This document shows positions 23,271 to 25,399 of a stretch of 25,399 bases of DNA, piece by piece (position 1 is the first letter of the stretch; every line of letters begins with the position of its first letter). A program made the translations under genes and the position numbers. The notes under the pieces were generated by a model that did no database searches, was not told the origin of the DNA, and was given only the letters and a program-made list of their open reading frames with translations. This DNA comes from Ginkgo biloba (Eukaryota; Plantae; Ginkgophyta): assembly GCA_024626585.2 (NCBI GenBank), contig JANKJI020000004.1, positions 135,531,370 through 135,556,768 on the forward strand, read 5' to 3'.

Positions 23271-24610
23271 TTTAACCATAGGTATAAAAATAATAAAAAA
23301 AAAATTACCCTTTTTATACAATTGACATTTCCCTTAACAAGGAATAAGCCTAGCTTGTTTATCATAAAGAAATGGAATGCCTAGCAAAATGCTAGTACAG
23401 TCCATAAGAATAGCATCATATACAATTCCATCAACATAACATTTAGTTATTTCAAACTTAAAGGTACATTTCTTAGTGGCTTGGTCACTTTCATCTCTAG
23501 TCTTGCCAAAGATTTCATAAGGTTTTGGATGGTCAACTATCTCCAATCCAATTTCATTCACAACCTCAATTGCAATGAAGTTATTTTGACTCTCNNNNNN
23601 NNNNNNNNNCTATCTATGATCATTAATACAACCTTGGTATTGATTTGAAGTTGATGAGTGAATAATCTCTCTCAATCTTGTGAATTGGTTTTAGTATTAA
23701 CTAAAGCAATGCACAAATTTGATTCCTCTGAAGTGATTACAAATTCAACCTTTTTCTTCTTTTGTGTGAGTATCTTAAGAGCTTTTTTTGGATGAAACTT
23801 GTAGCAATTAGCCTCATCATGACCAAGCTTGTTATAATGTTTACATTTATTCCCTTTAAAATTATATTCTTTAGAAAAATCTAAAGATGATGAAGGAGAA
23901 AAAGACTTGTTCTTCTCTTTTCCTTGAAATCACTAAGGTGCTCTTCTTCTTACTTTAATTTTGGAAGTAAAGTAGTAGGCCTCTACAAAGAATGCAATGG
24001 AAACAATTCAACTTCATGTCAAAGTTGAATATGAATACCTCTTATAAATTTTACGACTAACTTTTCCTTAAGCTCCCAAATTTTAAGACTTACAGCCAAT
24101 TCTTAAAATTCCTCACAATAGTCAGATAATGACTAGTCTACCTTCTATGTCAAGTATATATAAGTTGAATACATCCCATCTTCATGTCCTAATATATACA
24201 AGTTATTCCTAAGCTCTTTATTGAAATATTTCTAAGAAGAGATAGGTGGTTTACCATCTTGTTTCCTCTCTCAGCAAAAGGTTTCCTAATATAATAAGAA
24301 TTTCCTAAATATCTTTAGCCTAGAACATAATTTTCTATGAATTAGTATAACTTTGACAAGATTTGTAGAATTCAATTTACTCAATGGATTCAACATCCTT
24401 TTTACCATTAAAAAATTTAATATCTACCTTGGACTCCACCCGAAAATCATTGGGTCCTAAGCTTGGATTTAGATTTGAAAAATTACCAGAAGGAGGTACA
24501 CTAATAGGAAGAGGAGTTGGAAGAGAAATATTTTAACCCATTAGGTTTAATAATGATTCCAATTATTGAATTTGATTTTGAGTCATAAGGTTCACCAAAT
24601 GGCCTTCATT
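23271..24610 (-). mobile_element. CRM-like Ty3/Gypsy copy 4: gag-protease pseudogene on the minus strand
   Basis: gag: DFRVESKVDIKFFNGKKDVESIE (~24400-24448); knuckle CKHYNKLGHDEANCYKFHP (~23790-23846). PR: ORF 23334-23561, DHPKPYEIFG...CTFKFEITKCYVDGIVYDAILMDCTSILLGIPFLYDK, homologous to copies 1 and 3. Confidence 0.92.
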
Positions 24611-24926
24611 TTTTNNNNNNNNNNNNNNNNNNNNNNNNNNNNNNNNNNNNNNNNCATCACCATCAACTAAATTTGATATTATTTATACTTGAGTGTTCCC
24701 TATACATAATCACTAAGTTGAATTGACTACTCTTTTTCTTAATTTAAATATGATCCCATAATAAAAGGATTATCAATTAGTGCTTATTCCTAACCAAATA
24801 AATTGTCCAAGCCTTGGGATAGGCCTACAATCCTTCACATAGATTGAGTATTTACTTCTCAAAATAAAGAAAGAAAAGAAAAATANNNNNNNNNNNNTTC
24901 ACTTCTCACCCTAAGAGTAGAACTTG

Positions 24927-25399
24927 ATATGATCCTAATTGATGTAATGGACCAATCAGGATTCCTTGAATATGAATGCTCAAGTGAGTAAAAGAATAAA
25001 TAAATCAATCTACACTAAGAGAAATTAAGTTGCTTCAAGAATCCTAGCAATTCTAGATTCTATGATAGGTCAAGATGACCTTAGTCACTGACACATTGAG
25101 GTATAAAGATAAAATTTAAATCCTGCAACAAAATTATCTCATAAAAATCTATCATCTTACATACACAATGAGTTCCACACTTTATCCTAAGCATCACATT
25201 TTTTTCTATCAGGCACCATAATTTTTCAGAACTAAGTGCTTTTCTTTTTCCTCTGAAGTGACAACTTAAGAAAATAAATTTTCAATCATGAAAACTTTGA
25301 ATGAATAAACTATTTCATGATTATTGTCATATAGATTGGGACTTTCAAAGAACATGAACACAATAGCAAAGTAGATTCTATCCAAAAAAGGATAATAGA
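24927..25399 (-). repeat. Degenerate PBS and 3' part of the putative 5' LTR of CRM-like copy 4
   Basis: The minus strand reads ...taCATCA a ttaggatcatatc: LTR end at 24940 (TGATG on +), followed by a 9/13 match to ttggtatcagagc. It is positioned correctly upstream of gag. Confidence 0.5.

Overview
This is AT-rich, gap-ridden eukaryotic DNA, almost certainly from a large land-plant genome. The tRNA-iMet primer-binding site, plant Ty3/Gypsy lineages and CHG/CG deamination pattern point that way; a gymnosperm-like host is a guess. No intact protein-coding gene is visible, and most ORFs in the supplied track are N-filled, antisense or spurious. The window is a graveyard of heavily decayed Ty3/Gypsy LTR retrotransposons: (1) a chromovirus RH-INT remnant at 1164-2200 (+); (2) Tat/Ogre-like gag-PR at 5685-6350 (-) and an internally deleted RT/INT fusion at 7181-7865 (+); (3) a possible gag at 8980-9960 (-); (4) a chromovirus gag-PR at 13120-14395 (+); (5) a cluster of four pieces of one CRM-like family at 14902-25399 with CATCA LTR ends and PBS. 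Non-TE or unexplained structure includes two CpG-retaining islands (2290-2492 and 5020-5440). The second island ends in ATG|GTAAGT and may be the first exon of a host gene whose giant intron holds the downstream TEs. There is also a hierarchical ~230-bp direct repeat (3722-4965) and a ~650-bp degenerate foldback (12040-12700). I see no convincing evidence of a new biological system; the items below are leads. All translations and alignments were done by eye.
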